A stretch of 64,000 nt of DNA, from positions 704,001-768,000 of the forward strand of contig OZ219754.1 in assembly GCA_964291295.2 (NCBI GenBank), read 5' to 3'. The number at the start of each line of letters is the position of its first letter. The stretch's first letter is position 1. Both the position numbers and the translations under genes were made by a program. This document shows, piece after piece, positions 61,233 to 64,000 of this stretch. Origin of the DNA: an uncultured Candidatus Binatia bacterium. Lineage in GTDB: Bacteria; Desulfobacterota; Binatia; UBA9968; JAJDTQ01. Under the pieces are notes generated by a model that saw only the letters and a list, made by a program, of their open reading frames with translations, ran no database searches and had not been told where the DNA came from.

Positions 61233-61649
61233 GCGTACCTCCTATCGGATTGGATGGTGCGATTAACCGACTTTGGGGAACCCCTGTCAACCCCGGATCA
61301 GGACAATCTCAGGCTGTGGAGAGGCGGATGAAGCAGGCTGGTTCGCTTTCAGGACAGTTCGAACAGGGTCGGGGTCAGGGGCGCGGCGACCGGACTGGCG
61401 TGCGGATGGATCCGGATTCGGGCGGGAGCCTGCGGTGACGGGGGTTTAGGTCAGCGCGGATGTGCGAGATCCGGCGAAGCGCTGGACGTGCGGCGTCGAC
61501 TTCGAGACCGCTGCGCTTCGGGTTCTTCCAGGCACCGCCGCCCCGACCGGGCGCTTCCCGTTTCCGCCGCGTGAGCCTGCCCGCATCATGGACCGCGCCG
61601 CCGAATGGCGGCGGTCTGCCGGAACGGCGGATGGGCGGCGGACCGTTCG

Positions 61650-62525
61650 CTACCCGGCCGCCTCCAGCTTGTCCTGCGTTCGCAACTCGAAGTCCGACGC
61701 GTCGTGGCGCTCCCGGAGCTGCTGATCGAGCGGGCCGCTGGTCTTGTTGACGATCCGTCCCCGGACCACCGCCTCACGGGCCGCCATCTCGGCGTACCAG
61801 CGCAGGACGTGGGTGCAGGACCGGGTGTCGAGGAACTCGGCGGCACCGTAGAGGCTGCCGGTGGTGAGCACGCCGTACCAGGGCCAGATGGCCATGTCGG
61901 CGATGGTGTAGACGTCGCCCAGGAGATAGCGGTTGCCGGACAGCCGCTTGTCGAGAACGTCGAGCTGGCGCTTCACCTCCATGGTGAAACGGTCGATGGG
62001 GTACTGCATCTTGCACGGCGCGTAGGCATAGAAATGGCCGAAGCCGCCGCCCAGGTAGGGGGCCGAGCCCATCTGCCAGAACAGCCATGACAGGCACTCG
62101 GCGCGGTCCGACGGGTCTTCCGGAACAAAGGCGCGAAACTTGTCGGCCAGGTAGAGCAGGATCGAGCCCGATTCGAACACCCTTGTCGGCGCCGGCATCG
62201 AGTAGTCCACCAGCGCCGGGATCTTCGAGTTCGGGTTGATGGCAACGAACCCGGAGCCGAACTGATCGCCCTCGCGGATGTTGATGATCCAGGCGTCGTA
62301 CTCCGCGCCGCCGTGTCCGGCGGCCAGCAGTTCCTCCAGCAGGATCGTCACCTTGACGCCGTTGGGCGTTCCCAGCGAATAGAGCTGGAGCGGATGCCTG
62401 CCCCGGGGCAGCTCCTTCCGGTGCGTGGCGCCGGAAACCGGACGGTTGATGTTGGCGAACCGGCCGCCGCTCTCGCGTTCCCATTTCCAGACCCTGGGCG
62501 GTTCGTAATCGGTGTGATCGGCCAT
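61650..62525 (-). CDS. yghU: Glutathione-dependent disulfide-bond oxidoreductase (Nu-class GST)
   Basis: YSLGTPNGVKV, INPNSKIP, FESGSIL, GGGFGHFY, LRERHDASDF. Confidence 0.93.
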   Translation of the reverse strand: MADHTDYEPPRVWKWERESGGRFANINRPVSGATHRKELPRGRHPLQLYSLGTPNGVKVTILLEELLAAGHGGAEYDAWIINIREGDQFGSGFVAINPNSKIPALVDYSMPAPTRVFESGSILLYLADKFRAFVPEDPSDRAECLSWLFWQMGSAPYLGGGFGHFYAYAPCKMQYPIDRFTMEVKRQLDVLDKRLSGNRYLLGDVYTIADMAIWPWYGVLTTGSLYGAAEFLDTRSCTHVLRWYAEMAAREAVVRGRIVNKTSGPLDQQLRERHDASDFELRTQDKLEAAG

Positions 62526-62710
62526 GGCGTCTCCTTCGATGGGATGCGCGACAGGTCCGCACCCACGTGGTGCGGAAGTTCTGCATAACACAATGGCTCC
62601 GCGAGTACACCGGCGGCGTGCCCCGGCCCGGCTCGAACGGTGGACAAGAGCACCGAAAAAGACATAAGAAAGCAGCTGGACAAAAGGAAAAAGAACAAAA
62701 GGAGGAATCC

Positions 62711-63787
62711 ATGGCGAGCGCAAGCGAATCGACCGCAGAGAACACCGTCGCGAACACCGTCACGGAGTTGGCTGGCGAGATCATCGTATCCGCCGACTCC
62801 CATATAATGGAGCCCACGGACCTGTGGGTGGACAACCTGCCGGCAAGCTTCAAGGGCCGGTATCCCGAGTTTCCGCCGCGGAACGCCATTGGCGAAAAGC
62901 CCGGCGGCCACGACCCCCGGGCACGGGTCGAGGAGATGGCGGTGGACGGGGTGTCCGCCGAGGTGCTGTACCCCACCTTGGGTCTGCGCCTGTTCGCCCT
63001 CGAGGACGCAGAGCTTCAGGAGGCCTGCTTCGAGATCGCCAACGACTGGCTCATCGATTACTGCAAGGTGCACCCCGACAAGCTCGTGGGCGTGCCGTCG
63101 GTGTCGCTCTACAACATCGACCACGCCATCCGGGAGATGGAGCGCTGCAAGAAAGCCGGGCTGGTGGGCTGTCTGATCTGGCAGGTGCCGCCGGATCACC
63201 TGCCCTTCACCAGTGACCACTACAACCCGTTCTGGGAGGCGGCCCAGGATCTCCGGATGCCGGTGAACCTCCACATCCTCACGGGGTTCAACTACAGCCG
63301 CTTCGAGCGGCACGGGCTGGACATCTACCGCATGACCGTCAACCAGAAGCTGGCGGACGCCGCCAACACGCTGTTCGACCTGGTCTTCGGCGGCCCCATG
63401 GCCAACTATCCCGACCTCCGGTTCGTCTACGTGGAGAACGAGATATCCTGGGTGCCCTTCTACCTCCACGAGTGGGACAAGTACTTCAAGCGCCACGCCA
63501 CCCGGGCACCGCTGCCGCACATGAAGAAGCTCCCCAGCGAGTACTGCAACGAGCAGTTCTACGCCACCTTCTTCAGCGACCCCACGGGCGGGCGGCTGCT
63601 GGACTGGTGGGGCAGCGATACCTGCATGTGGTCCAACGACTATCCTCACGCGGCGTCCACCTGGCCGCACTCCCGCCAGGTCATCGCCGACGAGCTGGGC
63701 CACCTGCCCGCGGACATCTTCCGCAAGGTCGTGCGCGAGAACGTGCTGCGGCTCTATGACCTCAAGCTGAACGGCATCAACGCCTGA
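62711..63787 (+). CDS. Amidohydrolase_2 family protein
   Basis: SADSHIME, LYPT, LHI, VENE, SNDYPH; GGAGG RBS. Confidence 0.9.
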   Translation: MASASESTAENTVANTVTELAGEIIVSADSHIMEPTDLWVDNLPASFKGRYPEFPPRNAIGEKPGGHDPRARVEEMAVDGVSAEVLYPTLGLRLFALEDAELQEACFEIANDWLIDYCKVHPDKLVGVPSVSLYNIDHAIREMERCKKAGLVGCLIWQVPPDHLPFTSDHYNPFWEAAQDLRMPVNLHILTGFNYSRFERHGLDIYRMTVNQKLADAANTLFDLVFGGPMANYPDLRFVYVENEISWVPFYLHEWDKYFKRHATRAPLPHMKKLPSEYCNEQFYATFFSDPTGGRLLDWWGSDTCMWSNDYPHAASTWPHSRQVIADELGHLPADIFRKVVRENVLRLYDLKLNGINA

Positions 63788-63865
63788 GCGGCGGGCGCCG
63801 CGGCCCGCGCACACGGGCCATCGTCATCGACGGAAAGAACGGAAACGTTCGGAAAGGAGTTCGCC

Positions 63866-64000
63866 ATGGAAGCAGTCGCCGAGAAGCAGGAGATCCGAGA
63901 ACAGCCCAGGGCCTACAAGTACTCGCTGAAGACCCCCTACATGCAGCAGGGCCGGGTCACGCAACTGGTGGCCAAGACCGACAACATGTGGATTCACACC
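63866..64000 (+). CDS. 5' end of a gene running off the window (possibly cupin-domain)
   Basis: AAGGAG RBS, MEAVAEKQEIREQPRAYKYSLKTPYMQQGRVTQLVAKTDNMWIHT. Confidence 0.55.
   Translation, partial: MEAVAEKQEIREQPRAYKYSLKTPYMQQGRVTQLVAKTDNMWIHT

Noticed and set aside
1-64000. tRNA, rRNA, reverse transcriptase/retron or DGR elements
   Set aside because: No cloverleaf, rRNA signature or YADD-type RT ORF was seen by eye; a covariance-model scan would be needed to exclude small RNAs

Overview
GC-rich bacterial chromosomal window. The gene content (five amidohydrolase_2 paralogs, two TctC/Bug receptors, CaiB/BaiF and crotonase enzymes, an Rpn gene, a TbpB-like lipoprotein) resembles Deltaproteobacteria/Ca. 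Binatia-type host-associated MAGs; this is inference only. Most of the window is catabolic and housekeeping genes: accB-accC, katA with divergent oxyR-copA, a myo-inositol uptake and catabolism operon (ABC transporter plus iolC-iolD-iolE-iolB-iolG), lnt, LOG, gdx/sugE, a comDE-like pair, rnd, tctCAB and yghU. There are two accessory regions. (i) About 10.2-13.5 kb: a patchwork of gene remnants around one intact surface lipoprotein. (ii) About 31.7-39.8 kb: a defence island. It holds a ~1,700-aa Type ISP-like nuclease-helicase-methyltransferase split by a G19/C19 homopolymer inside the methyltransferase domain, an rpn gene with an internal RBS+ATG (RpnS-type gene-in-gene) bracketed by two inverted 120-bp IS630-derived copies, and a divergent small gene / CI-LexA-like repressor pair with back-to-back promoters and operator-like palindromes. 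No rRNA, tRNA or CRISPR array was recognised. All calls come from motif recognition by eye, without database searches.
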